Source: Eledone cirrhosa (lineage: Eukaryota). Taken from it: DNA of 64,000 nt. Positions 25,761 to 38,548 of the stretch are shown here, in pieces. How positions within the stretch are numbered: the stretch's first letter is position 1; each line of letters begins with the position of its first letter. The position numbers and the translations under genes were made by a program. The DNA is taken from positions 286,130,001 to 286,194,000 of the forward strand of contig OZ024742.1 of assembly GCA_964016885.1 (NCBI GenBank). Direction: 5' to 3'. The notes beneath the pieces are model-generated. The model was not told the DNA's origin and searched no databases. It saw nothing but the letters and a program-made list of their open reading frames with translations.

Positions 25761-26383
25761 GATGTTTGTAGGGTACTTCTGAAAACAAAATCGTTGTTTT
25801 ATATTTATTTTTGGACCTAATGTAGCTAAGTACAATGTCATTTTTACAGATTAGAAATATTTAAGATAGAATTCTCTCTTAAATGTGCGTGTGCTCTAAT
25901 AGCAAGCTTAACACCTTCAGGTCAATAGGACTAGTTACCCACTTTCTCCTATGTTTCATTCTGTCTGGCCGCCATGAGTGTACTACAATTAGATAATTCG
26001 AGACATTTATCGGGATAAACCAAGACTAAAACAACTATCTTTACGAAGACGTACATTTGAACAAATGTGAAAAAAAAAAAAAAAAAAAAAAAAACATTGA
26101 CTGCTCCAGGAAAAAAAAAACAAAAAACAAAACCAAGAAAACTTTAAAGATTATTTTTTTCGTATAGATTATTTTTTTGGCATATGAACTATAACCCATG
26201 AGGAAATCAGCTAGATTCCGGCCGCTTGAATACCGGCGCTTATGTATAACATAAGCCAAAACATGTTCTCTTCAGTTAAAATCCACAGGAAATGTAGAAA
26301 TTCTTTGATATGCAGGCGGTCAGATGAGCTGTTCAGATCCGTGGCCGGCAAGGATATGCTCGCCGGTCACGGATCTGAACAGC

Positions 26384-26408
26384 TTATATATAGAGAGAGA
26401 GGTAGTCA

Positions 26409-26445
<37 letters not shown>

Positions 26446-26547
26446 TATTGTTGTTGTTTTTTCAACAGAACAAAATTATTTTTCGGGAGAGGGAGATTTT
26501 CTCTAAATATGTGTGTGTATCTCAATTGTTGTATGTGAAAAAACACA

Positions 26548-26593
<46 letters not shown>

Positions 26594-26618
26594 TGACAAT
26601 CTCTCTCTATTTATATAA
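26384..26618. mobile_element. MITE-like inverted repeat with (TAG)n inside the arms
   Basis: TTATATATAGAGAGAGGTAGTCA(TAG)n ... (CTA)nTGACAATCTCTCTCTATTTATATAA. Confidence 0.55.
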
Positions 26619-26929
26619 GATTCCATTTTAGATCCAGCCTTCTTCTCAGCAAGAAAGATGAACAAACCTGCCTTAACACTTAATTTTAAATCTTTAATTA
26701 TTAATTCATTTTTATTCTTTTTAATTGTAATATTCAACATTTGATAAGATGGATTTCACTGATACATCGAAACCGGTTATATTTTGTATATTTTATATAT
26801 ATTATAAAACTCTTTATAAAAAGAATTATCCCTCTCATTTTTTCAATAATGTCACTTTGACGAATCAAAAAAGAAATAAAGAAAAACAGATCCTTAAATA
26901 TATTTTCCGTGCTATTTCCAATTCCACCC

Positions 26930-28184
26930 GTAGCCGAGATGACATCGTCATCAAACCGGCGGACAAAGGAGGCGCCGTGGTGGTGTGGCGCGCGGACCTC
27001 TACACAGCCGAAGCCCTCAGGCAGCTCCGTAACCCCCTCTTCTACCGCCCTCTACCCTCCGATCCCACACCCCTCTACCAACAACAAGTTTCCTCCACCA
27101 TCCAACACCTTGTATCCCCCCCCCACCGCTTCCCACCTCATCGTACGCACACCCCACACCCACACCATCTACTTCCTCCCCAACTCCACAAACCCGACAA
27201 CCCCGGCCGCCCCATCGTCTCCGCTTGCAACTACCCCACCGAATTCATCTCCGCCTTTCTCGACTCCATCCTCGACCCCCTTGTCACCACCCTCCCCTCC
27301 CACATCTCCGACACCAACCACGCCCTGCGCCTTTTCGACTCCTTTACCTACCCACCCGGCCCACAGCCCATTCCTCTTCACCCTAGACATCAAGTCCATC
27401 TATACCGTCATCCCCCACGCCGACGGCCTACGCGCCCTCAAACACTATCTCGACCTTCGCCCCTCCCCCATCCCCTCCACACCCACCCACCTTCTCCTCG
27501 CCGAGCTGGTCCTCACCCTCAACTGTTTCTCCTTCTCGGGTGAGTTTTACCAACAGGTCACGGTGGTAGCCATGGGTACAAGAATGGGCCCAAACTATGC
27601 CAACCTTTTTGTTGGCCATGTTGAGGCCCAAATCTTTGCCCAGTACACCGGCCCCACGCCCGAACTGTACGGTCGTTACATCGACGACTGTATCGGAGCC
27701 ACGACCCTCACCCGAGAACAGCTCGACTCCTTTCTCTCCTTCTTCTGCTCCTTCCACCCCTCCCTCCACTTCACCACCTCTATCTCCACCACCCACGTCC
27801 ACTTCTTAGACATCTCCGTCGCCTTCGACTCCTCCCACCACTCCCTCGTCACCTCCGCCTTCTTCAAACCCACCGACTCCCACTCCTACCTCGACTTCAC
27901 CTCTTCCCACCCCACGTCCAGTCTGTCCGACTTACGTCGGACAGACTGGACGTCGCCTGGCGGACAGATTTACTGAGCACCTCCGGGATATTCGTCTCGG
28001 TGGTAGTTCCCCCATCGCCAGCCACTTTGGTGCCCCTGGACATTCCGCACACCACCTCACAGTCTGTGGCCTACTCCAATGCCACGGAACACCCGCCAAT
28101 CTCCTAAGAGTCGAACAACGGACCATCTTCACCCTACAGACCCACACTCCCCCCGGCCTGAACTCCCCACCCTTATTCCTTTAG
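26930..28184 (+). pseudogene. PLE RT-GIY-YIG polyprotein remnant with frameshifts
   Basis: IKPADKGGAVVVW, HKPDNPGRPIVS, TLDIKSIYTVIPH, AMGTRMGPNYANLF, RYIDDC, FLDI, KPTDSHSYLDFTSSHP; then YVGQTGRRLADRFTEH...PPGLN after a deletion near 27917. Confidence 0.92.
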
Positions 28185-29639
28185 CCTTCGACCGCCCCCC
28201 TCCCCCCACACATATCCTCCACTAACACCACTAACACACCCCTCCTTTTCACCGCCCACCCCACAACTAACAATACTAACACCTCCACCCCACATCCGAC
28301 CACCCTTCCCCAACTAACATACTAACATCCCTCCTTTCTTCTCCTTCCCCCCTCCTTATCACACGCACACACCCACAGGTACATATATACACGCACTCAC
28401 ACTAAACACACACCCTACTACCACCACTAACCCTCACCCCCACACATCCACCCCACCACCCCGCAACTAACATCACTAACACCCCCTGACCCCAAACACA
28501 CGAACACACACACCCACTTACACCACCCACTCTACACGCAACTAACATCACTAACACCCCCCAACCCTACGCACACGTACACACACACCCTCTTACACCA
28601 CCAACTGACCCCCACTCACACCCACATTCAACCCTTTCTCCACCTCCAGTATACTAACACCCACTAACACACCCCCTTCACCACACACACACACCAGTAC
28701 ACTACACTCCCTCCATCGCCCCCCCCCCCCCCCCTCTCTCCCCGCTCCACCCACACCCTTTCTCAAATGCTCACACATCCCACTAACACCTCTACTAATA
28801 CACACACACCCCCTCCTCACTCCAACTTTCACACCTACCCATCCTCTCCCCTGTCCACCGCGCCTCCGCACACACTGACACACCTTCACTTACCATTCTA
28901 CCCTACTGCTGCTATGCCTCTGACCACCTCCCCGCACACACAGACACACAACCCTCCTCCTGCTTTGACCCTCTGACCACTTCCTGTTGCGCGCGCACCC
29001 CACATCTCCCCTCTTCCGACGAATCTCTTCACAGATTACACATATGTGAACCTTGATCCCGAGAATCTACCGCATCCCAGGATTTTACTCAGCATTCCAC
29101 CACAACTTTTTACGGAATTACCTTTACGATCACCCCAGACACACACCCCAAAAAAAAATTTTTCCCACACGCCACCTACATCCACAACACGCATAAACAC
29201 CACACACACACGTGCGTACCACCACATATTTACACATTCAGCCTCCGGAATCCTCTCCCCGCACCCCTCTATCCACACACGCACACACACTCCGACCTAC
29301 ACCCCACCCCACACACACCTCTTCCTGAACATGCAAACCCGTTCTTACCCCAACCCTTGCTTTCACATACACACACACACACACACACGTACACCTACAC
29401 ACACACACCACCTTCAGCCCTCCCCTCTCGGACACCCCGTCTCCCTCTCCCCACTCCACCCGCCACCACCTCTACACGCCCCACACCCTTCCACCACCTA
29501 TTTTACCCCATTTTAATTTTATTTTGATCATGCCTTTATTTTTAATTTCATTTGCACCGTTTCCTCTCACCCATGTTTTGCTATATGTCTCTCCACCACT
29601 CCCCTACACACCCTTTGAACTCTCTTCCCACACACTTTT

Positions 29640-29673
29640 CACCTGAAGAAGGGCTTATGCCCGAAACGTCGTT
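29640..29673 (+). ncRNA. Minimal hammerhead ribozyme of the PLE 3' pLTR
   Basis: CTGAAGA A GGGC ttat GCCC GAAAC GTC, the typical Penelope mini-HHR with palindromic ACGT stem III. Confidence 0.88.
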
Positions 29674-29761
29674 CCCCACCACCACCCCACTCTCAAGAGC
29701 GTGAAATTAATAAACCTTTGTTCGTACTGCCTCTCTGTTTTGTTCCTGTTCAATTTTTCAC

Positions 29762-29810
<49 letters not shown>

Positions 29811-29888
29811 GGTAAACAGAAATAACACAATCGGTACAGTATATAGAAGGGATGTATTAGGTTAACGCTTGATATAGCAGGAAGAGGA

Positions 29889-29924
29889 TCTTAACGTTTC
29901 GGACGCTAGACCTTCATCAGAAGA
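29889..29924 (-). ncRNA. Minimal hammerhead ribozyme (family H) within a terminus at 29805-29990
   Basis: Minus strand TCTT CTGATGA A GG tctagcgt CC GAAAC GTT AAGA; tail GTAAAAGGTAAACAGAAATAAC also occurs alone at 15664-15698. Confidence 0.82.
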
Positions 29925-30039
29925 AAGAATGAGAAATAAGATAGATTGAGGGGACGGGTGGGATGGAATTGGAAAAAATGTCTTTAGACAAAAAATGTCT
30001 TTAGACATTCATGTTCACATCTCTTGCAAAACTGTTGGT

Positions 30040-30960
30040 GCTGGCACTTTGGGAGGGTCATGCTGCCAATAAAAACACATGCACCTGTTGGTTTTCACTT
30101 CAATCTATTATAAGTTTCCGGTTGGTTGGCTGGTTTGATCTTGTTTCGTGTGTTGTGTGCTTAGTTTGCAGGTGCGTTACATCCGGGTGTGTGTGTCTAT
30201 TTATTTATTTATTTATGTGTTTATTTACTTGTCACTAGTTGGTTGTTTGTTTATCTGTGTGTGTATCTGATTTGTTTTGTTAGTTTGGTTTTTGTGTGTG
30301 TCTTTATGTCTTCATTTTTTCCTTAATTACTAGTTGTGATGTTGCTATTCCACTCATGTTTTCTGTTTAATTTTGGTTGGAGTTTGTTTATATTTGTTGC
30401 CTCTGTGATTTGTCTGAGCATTGCATCTTTTCTGTGTGTGGATATAATTTTTATCTCTATGTTCTCTAATGTGCCCTTATGTTCTATTTTGGCATGTTGG
30501 TGAAGTACTGATGAGGTTTTCCCATCCTGGAGTTCTCGCCAGTGTTCACTTATCCTTTCTCCTATGCCACGGGCTGTTTCACCTATGTATGTTACGTTCT
30601 TATTCCTTACTGTCCTTCAGTACATCTTATGCTATATACAACATTCCTAGTTTTGCAGTTAGTTTGCGGGCTTATCATGCAGAATATGCATTTTCTATCA
30701 ATGCAGGGGGTTCTTTGAAATGGGTATGTTTTACTAATTAGAGTTTTTATGGGACTACCTCGTCTTTAAACTATCTCAATATCTAATTTGAGCTTGTCTA
30801 GGGCCCTTCTAAATCTGTAAGCTAGTTCGCCTCTAGGGGTTGTATTGACGAACATTACACTCTGGTATTTATTGCTATCATACCATGAGTTTATTTTATT
30901 TGCCTTATTCCTAATCCTTTCTATTCTGTTCCAAAATTCTGTTTTGGAACAGAATAGAAA
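30040..30960 (-). pseudogene. Penelope-like 3' part: linker, GIY-YIG endonuclease and family-A-like pLTR
   Basis: SVMFVNTTPRGELAYRFR; NVVYSIRC...YIGETARGIGERISEH...LHQH; followed by sequence homologous to pLTR A. Confidence 0.85.
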
Positions 30961-31007
30961 TGTATATATGTATGCGCGCGCGCGTGTGTGTGTGATTGAG
31001 TGTATAT

Positions 31008-31084
31008 TCATTTTATTAAGGCTAAATGGTGAGTCTTGTTAATGTGGAGTTTTGCCTGTTTATCACAGGGTCATCCGACAAGAT
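31008..31084 (-). mobile_element. Degenerate HHR-bearing terminus (family I)
   Basis: Minus strand CTTGT CGGATGA C CCTG tgataaa CAGG C AAAAC...ACAAG; relative at 44792-44960. Confidence 0.6.
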
Positions 31085-31156
31085 ATATATGTATATATAT
31101 ATCTGTATGTAGATATGTGTGTGTTTGTATGTTAATATATATATATAAATGAAAAT

Positions 31157-31231
<75 letters not shown>

Positions 31232-31256
31232 GTGTGTGTGTGTGTGTGTTTGCATG

Positions 31257-31290
<34 letters not shown>

Positions 31291-31345
31291 TATATATATA
31301 TATATATATATATACATATATTTATATATATAAGTATATATATAT

Positions 31346-31586
31346 ATTTCGTTTCTGAATTTGTTTAGCAAGATTCTTTATCTGAAATCGTGTGTTGAAA
31401 CCGATATTGTTATACTTTGGGATGGTCATGTTGCCAATAAGAAACACACGCACCAGTTGCTTTCACTTCAATTTATTATATATTTATTATATATTATATA
31501 TATATTATATATATAATAAATTGAAGTGAAAGCAACTGGTGCGTGTGTTTCTTATTGGCAACATGACCCTCCCAAAGTATAACAAT
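31346..31586. mobile_element. Fold-back of the pLTR family A terminus
   Basis: Arms about 31405-31480/31512-31586 with AT spacer; unpaired 60-bp tail on the left. Confidence 0.88.
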
Positions 31587-31967
31587 ATATATATATATAT
31601 ACATACATATATATATACTTAAATATTCACTTTCACATACACATATACATATAAAAACCGTATATATGGATGATATATGTGTGAATATCGATTTTTGAAT
31701 TGAGCATAAAGTCAGATATTAGTAAGAAAGGGTGTGTGATTAATTGATTTGTGTTTTAAATTGTCAACCCCAGAGGAATCAGAACATAGTCAACTCAACA
31801 CCTGCTAGATTTGATGTCACTTAACATTCTATCTTTCATAGATGCCAAGGGCATTTGCCCCTCTAATCTGTTATTTGTACGTTGGTACGTGGGTGTATAG
31901 AATGTTTATATAGACATACATACATACATACATACATCTATATATATGTGTGTGTGTGTCTATGTGT

Positions 31968-32055
<88 letters not shown>

Positions 32056-32059
<4 letters not shown>

Positions 32060-33490
32060 TAAAATAACAGATTAAAGTTTAAGCAAAGAATCGCTGCTTT
32101 CACCCTTAACAGGATCTTCTGAAACTAACAAAGTCAATCTGTAAACGCAGAACTGGATATTTCAAAAAACGTTGCAACCGGAGGAAGACAGGAAGACGAT
32201 ACTTTGGTTCGTGGAAACGTTCCCTGGCAAAGAACGGGAAAAAACGAATAATACGTCATTAATAGGAGCGGTGAAAAACAATTACGCGCAAAGACAGAAC
32301 CACGTTTATGGTATAAAAGAGGTCGTAGACTAATGTTCTCTTAGGTGGTGCATAGAGACGTTCTCTGGCAATGAACGAAAAAACGAAGATAATAAGTCAT
32401 ATGTGGAGCGTGGAGAACAATAGCACGCAAAGACAAAACCACGTAAATGGTATAGCAGAAGTCGTAGACTAAAATTCTAACTAGGAGACCAAATGAATCT
32501 CCGCTACAGAGTTAAGAACAAAGTAAATAAATACAATACAGAAGTAATAGAAACAAATAAATACATACACGCAAACAGATACGTACATACACAAGCATAC
32601 GCAAAACCTTACCATAGGTATACAAAACCACGCACATATAAATATGTGTGTGTGTATGCTTGTGTACAAATAAATAAATAATTATATAAACGTATATAAG
32701 TAAATAAATACGTATATAACAAGCGCACACGCATACCTACATATAAATACACGAATGTTCGGAGACGTAAGTCAACTAAAACAAAAGGTACACATATACA
32801 CACACCCACCATACGTACGAACCTGCATACTCACGCAGACGCAAAACTCCCGTATACACATAGCCAAACCCTAAATACCAGAATATGTAAACATTATACG
32901 CCATAACAGTCAAATAAACGTACAAGAGGGTATACATACCTTCACAAAACATACGGGTAATATATACTTACCTATGCAAAGCGGAGATTCATTTGGTCTC
33001 CTAGTTAGAATTTTAGTCTACGATTCTGCTATACCATTTACGTGGTTTTGTGTTTGCGTGCTATTGTTCTCCACGCTCCACATATGACTTATTATCTTCG
33101 TTTTTTCGTTCATTGCCAGAGAACGTCTCTATGCACCACCTAAGAGAATATTAGTCTACGACCTCTTTTATACCATAAACGTGGTTCTGTCTTTGCGCGT
33201 AATTGTTTTTACCGCTCCTATTAATTACGTATTATTCGTTTTTTCTCGTTCTTTGCCAGCGAACGTTACCACGAACCAAAGTATCGTCTTCCAACGTTTT
33301 TTGAAATATCCAGTTCTGCGTTTACAGATTGACTTTGTTAGTTTCAGAAGATCCCGTTAAGGGTGAAAGCAGCGATTCTTTGCTTAAACTTTAATCTGTT
33401 ATTTTAATAAATATTTGCTCTACGGTTCTTATATATTTGATATATATTTTCCTTATCGAGCCCTCTTTGGATTTTAGTCTTCAATTTTAT
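32056..33490. mobile_element. Large fold-back non-coding element (CAGAAGA-HHR family J)
   Basis: About 440-bp inverted arms 32056-32505/32980-33412, 470-bp unpaired CA/TA-rich loop, right-hand tail, TA flanks; further copy at 54698-55594. Confidence 0.9.
33340..33390 (+). ncRNA. Hammerhead-like motif with variant core CAGAAGA
   Basis: AGTTT CAGAAGA T CCC gttaa GGG T GAA AGCA...TGCT T AAACT; three stems pair. Confidence 0.65.
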
Positions 33491-33496
33491 TATTAT

Positions 33497-33564
<68 letters not shown>

Positions 33565-34470
33565 AGATACTACTTATAGTTATGTATGTATTTACTATAC
33601 TATAAACAACTATAAACAGGGAAGGTCAGTAATTTATTATTACCTTATTACCAGTAAGAGAAATAGCTCAATGTAAGAACATCAGTTGTTTTACAGAGCA
33701 GTAATATAGATTACACAAGTATCAAAGTTATGTTTAAAACATTTAATCGCTGACAATTGTTTCTTCCAAACTTAGGCTTGGAGTCCTCGGAGCATTATCA
33801 ATGTTTGAACATATAATTAACCTCCTATTCAACTGAAGAATCATACAGATACATATATATTGATGTTGTGGACAACAGTTTCATGTTTACAGTGTGGAAT
33901 GGATGCGACATATATTATATTATACGAGTATTGTACAATAATTCAAATTAAGATTAAAATTAAAATTAAAATTAAAGTTAAAATTAAAAGCATACATGCG
34001 TCAGATAATATAGATAATACAAGAGAATAGTCTAATAATTAAATTAGAGAGAGTACATGCGTTAGTCATATGTAAAGGAATGGAACAAGTAAATGTATCA
34101 TGCATATATGAGTACTGTATGGCAGGGTATTACATAAAATACAAGCACTTTAAGCGAATATGTTAGTGTATTATGGTGGGTGCAATGCAAGGATATTTTC
34201 TGTATAGTTCAAATTTGTATGTGTGTAGAATATGAAAGTTACAGATTTCACATCCATTACATAAGTTAAGATATATTTGTATTGAATGTTTGTTATAGTA
34301 ATGGATTGTAAATTAGTGTTATTTAATCCATATTTATGGATTAGAGTTGTTTAACTGCGGGAATTTTCAACGGTTTAATATCCGGAAGTGGATATGGAAT
34401 TAAGGGGAGCTAATGCGTAAGAGGAGGTAACTAACTCATTATAATAATTAAATTCCTTGCTCTAATAGAC

Positions 34471-34712
34471 ATTATATAGTGCCTCAATTGAATCCCTTAT
34501 ATAAAAAGTTATATATTTATATTTAATTTTAAATACAGTCTACTCTCTCATAATATATTAAAGGTTTCATTAGATTGTTGTCTACCCAATATTATATAGT
34601 GCCATAATTGAATTCCTTAAACAAAATTTTATATATTTATATTTAATTTTAAATACACTCTACTCTCTCATAATATATTAAAGGTTTCATTAGATTGTTG
34701 TCTACCCAATAT
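34471..34712. repeat. 120-bp tandem duplication in AT-rich DNA
   Basis: Two near-identical consecutive copies. Confidence 0.9.
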
Positions 34713-35421
34713 TTGGTAAGCTATGGAATAACGTATAGCTGTTTGCATGATAAACTAGATACATCTCTTGAGTAAATAAATTAATCCTTTATATACAATG
34801 TTATTAATTTATACATTTAATTATAAATGTATATATAATTCATTGTTACATTTAATATTTAAAGTTTATATATATTGTATTATATTTCAATCACTATATA
34901 ATTATAAGTAATCTAAAGTAATTATATTAAAAGGCGGTGACTATAAGAATATTTCTAGAGTATAAAGTTATGGATAAAAATGATTTGTGTAGAGGAAAGG
35001 GTGGATCAAAGAGTGTGATGCAGTGGTGTAAGGTAAGTCTTAGAGGTGAAGTGCTAATGGTGGTGATGAGTTCAAACCTGACATTGTTATATACTAGGTT
35101 TAAAGCTTTGGAATGAGTGTTGGAAACGGTGCTGGCACGATGCAAACACTTCCGATTCTTTATTTAGGAGGTTAAGATTCGAAAAGATTATAGTATGGGT
35201 CTCTAGGAGACAGAGGTGACAAGATTTATTAGGTGGTTTATACGATGCAACCCTACCTACTACTTCCCATTGAAGTGTATATGATCTATTCCTAGTTTTC
35301 AGATAGTGTATGTAGCTAGATAGTGAAGTCGAGTTGACTAGATTGTGTTTTTTGAAAGAGTGGAGGTGCGAGTTGTATCTCGTCTTGAAGCAGTTCGAAA
35401 ACTATCTGAAAACTAGGAATA

Positions 35422-38345
35422 GTCAACCTTGACAAAACCCATAGACAGGGACCCAGCTACTGGGAGCTGAACTTGTCGTTACCGACATGCAAAGCCTACA
35501 GTAGACGGATTAGCACTTTAGTTAAGCAGCACTTGACGGGGGCCATTGTCAACAAGAGATGGTGGTACTCTCTCAGGAGAGCAGTTAGATTAGACTAGAT
35601 AGGTTTTAGTAAAGAATTAGAGTTAGATAGAAATAAGACCGAAAAGGAACTGGTAGATAAAGTAGAAGAGGCACTTAGGAGTGGCAACGTAGCCAGCGTG
35701 CTAGCGACGAGAACGGCCTTGGACCAGTTCTTCGACGCAAAGCATGAAGGCTGCGTTGTCAGAAGCAAAATACGTGCTCTGGGAAACGAGGGAGTTAAAG
35801 CTGTTAGCTGGGCCCGAGTGACGGAGGCGAAAAGTGGCAACAAGTCCACGATTCGATCTTTGAAGGACCAAGACGGACGCGTGATACGTGAGCCGTAGCA
35901 AATGTGCGCGGCCTTTTAGTGGCACTTTGCTCAACTGTTCGGGCAGGGCGGCGCGCCGGGAGGGGCTATGGATTTCGGTCCATACCTCGACGGCCTACCG
36001 CGACTCTCTTCTGAGATAGGGGACGCGCTGAGCCAATGCGGCAAAGGCAAATCTCCTGGTCTCGACGGTCTACCCTACGAATTTTACGTAGCAATGCCGG
36101 ACTTGTTCTCCGGTCTCCTGGAAGCGGTCTACTGCAATTGGCAGCAGAACGGGAGAATTTCCAGTTCTGTGACCAAGGGCGTAGTCACGTTAGTCAGGAA
36201 AGACGAGAATAAGTGGGATGACATAGGCAACTTCCGGCCCATAACTCTGCTAAACACAGAGTTACAGATTTTGGCCAAGGTGTTGGCAAAGAGGCTGGCG
36301 CTTGTGGTAGAAAACCTGGTGGGAGAAGCGCAGACATGCGCAAAACCGACCAGGTCCATACACGACAACCTCCACCTCATGCGATACCTCATAGAGAGGG
36401 TAGGTGTAAACCCGGCTTCGGTGGGGCCCTGATCAACTTGGATCAGTCTAAGGCTTTCGATAGGGCTGACCATCGTTACCTGGATGCGGTGCTCGAGGCG
36501 GCAGGCTTCGCACCCGTGTTCAGGGACTGGATTGCTGCAATGCACAGCAGCAACATCTGCTCAAGGGTCAAGGTGAACGGCTACCTCTCGGAGCCGTTCC
36601 ATATCACGCGATCCATCCGACAGGGATGCCCTCTCTCCTCCCTTCTGTACGTACTGACTCTCGAGCCACTACTGCGGAAGTTGGAACTATTACAGGGCAT
36701 CCCTTTGGAACCGGGACTGCGAAAAGCGGCGTCAGTCTACGCCGACGACGTGACAGTAATGGTGTCGAGCACCTCGCAAATCGAGGAGGTCGGCATCTTA
36801 CTGGAGGAATGCGAAAGGTTCACAGGAGCGAAGCTGAACCGGGACAAATCCGTCGGTTTGCAACTCGGAACGTGGAGAGGCAAACCGATGCCTTCCGATG
36901 GCGTCGTCGGACGCCGGACGGAAGGACCGGTAAAGCTGCTCGGGGTCTGGTTTGGTCCTGACCTCCAGGTGGAGAAGAACTGGAACGAGGTGTCGACCAA
37001 TGTGTTTGCGCTCACCCAGAAGTGGGCCGAGTGCAAACTATCCTTGAAAGGTCGAGCGGTGGTGGCGAACACTTTTATAGCGTCCGTCATCTACTACCGC
37101 TTGACCGTCGTGCCTTGCCCAGCCAAAACGCTCACCAAAATGGAGCGCGCGCTCTTCCAATTCCTTTGGAAGAAACGGGCTCCTTTGGTGAAAAGATCTA
37201 TCTGCTGCCAACACCCTTCAAACGGAGGGCTGGGGATGACGTGGCTGACGATGCGCAAACACGCGCTCAGGCTGCGGCACCTCCACGTATTCCTCACCGG
37301 ACAACCGGTGTGGGCCCCGTTCGTGAGGCGAGCCTCACCACGACTCGTCTCGCTGACCGAACTGCAGTCCTGGGTCAAGCAAAGACCGAAGAAAATGGGC
37401 GACTGGCACATCGAATGTGCTCAGGCGCTCACAGTCCTCTGGCAAACGGACCCGGCGATCAGTGGAAACTCCACTTCGAAATTCTATAGAGAGTTGGTCC
37501 GCAGCAAGTGCGATGACGCGCTCGGAGAAACTCTGGGCGTAGAGGAGGACGAACTGGCCAGTCTGTCTGGTAGGACCTTCCGCCAGGGACCAATGGACAA
37601 CTTCCAAAAGTCCCTGGCCTGACAGTGCTACCGAGGAGCTCTACCAGTTCGAGACAAGCTCTACAGACACGGGCGCCCGGGTAGGGACTCTTCAAAAAAG
37701 ATCTGTCCGAGATGCGTGTGCGACGAGGAAACCGTCGCACACGCATTTGTACACTGCCCGGGCGTTACCGACCTGTGGGGCTATGTAGAACGACTATTGT
37801 CGCGGGTGGGACCAATCCAGTTGACCACCGAGTCCATTGTCATGATCAAACCGCTACCCTCCTTCAAAAACGAAGGAGCGGCGGTTTTCCTATGTGTTAT
37901 GGCTATGGTGAAAGAGGTTATATGGTGGACGAGGTTAAAATGGCTGAGGTCAGACACCTTTCTCTCAGGCGAGCAACTGATTCGTTTTTTCAAATATCAT
38001 TTTGGAAGAAGAATTTTATAAAAGGTGGGTGAATGTGGCAAAGATGGCCCGAGTGGTTGGGCGTTCTCTCTATATAAGCATGTAGGTTGAGGAAAAAGAG
38101 GAAGAGAAGAAGGGAGTACTCACTCTTGGTGCTCCTGTAGATGAGGGTTGTACATTTTTTCGGGGTGTGTACAACCCCTGTGTAACGCCTCCCCCCTATT
38201 AGGGATTTCAATTGTTATTTGTTGTTTTATTAATAGTTTTATTTTCATATACCTGTATGTAAACTCCCATTTGTATTTGTCCCCTTCTTTTGTGCCCTTG
38301 TGGCTAATAAAGAAATTTATCTATCTATCTATCTATCTATCTATC
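35422..38345 (+). mobile_element. Tx1/L1-clade LINE copy 1, 5'-truncated, disrupted ORF2
   Basis: KSPGLDGLP, FRPITLLN, LDQSKAFDR, QGCPLS, YADD, C-terminal CPRC..ETVAHAFVHC; stops and frameshifts; AATAAA 38306; (TATC)n tail. Confidence 0.95.
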
Positions 38346-38548
38346 TTGATAGAGTAAGACACGCTTCACATCGGCTCCGCTATTCCATCGGGATTTACCC
38401 TTACTATTGTAAGTACCGGATAAATTTTTCAGTGCAACACATTTGGAACACTAACCCCTGTTTTTTAGGGAAACATTTTTGCATTTACCCCCTTTTTAGG
38501 GGGTAAAATAAATATCTATTTTTGCCGAAAAATTTCTTTCTTGGCAGC

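Larger units (their letters stand above)
26925..29762 (+). mobile_element. Penelope-like element (probably Neptune-type), 5'-truncated and internally deleted
   Basis: RT plus GIY-YIG remnants, 1.4-kb C/A-rich 3' region, mini-HHR at 29643, AATAAA near 29708, ends at (TA)n. Confidence 0.9.
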
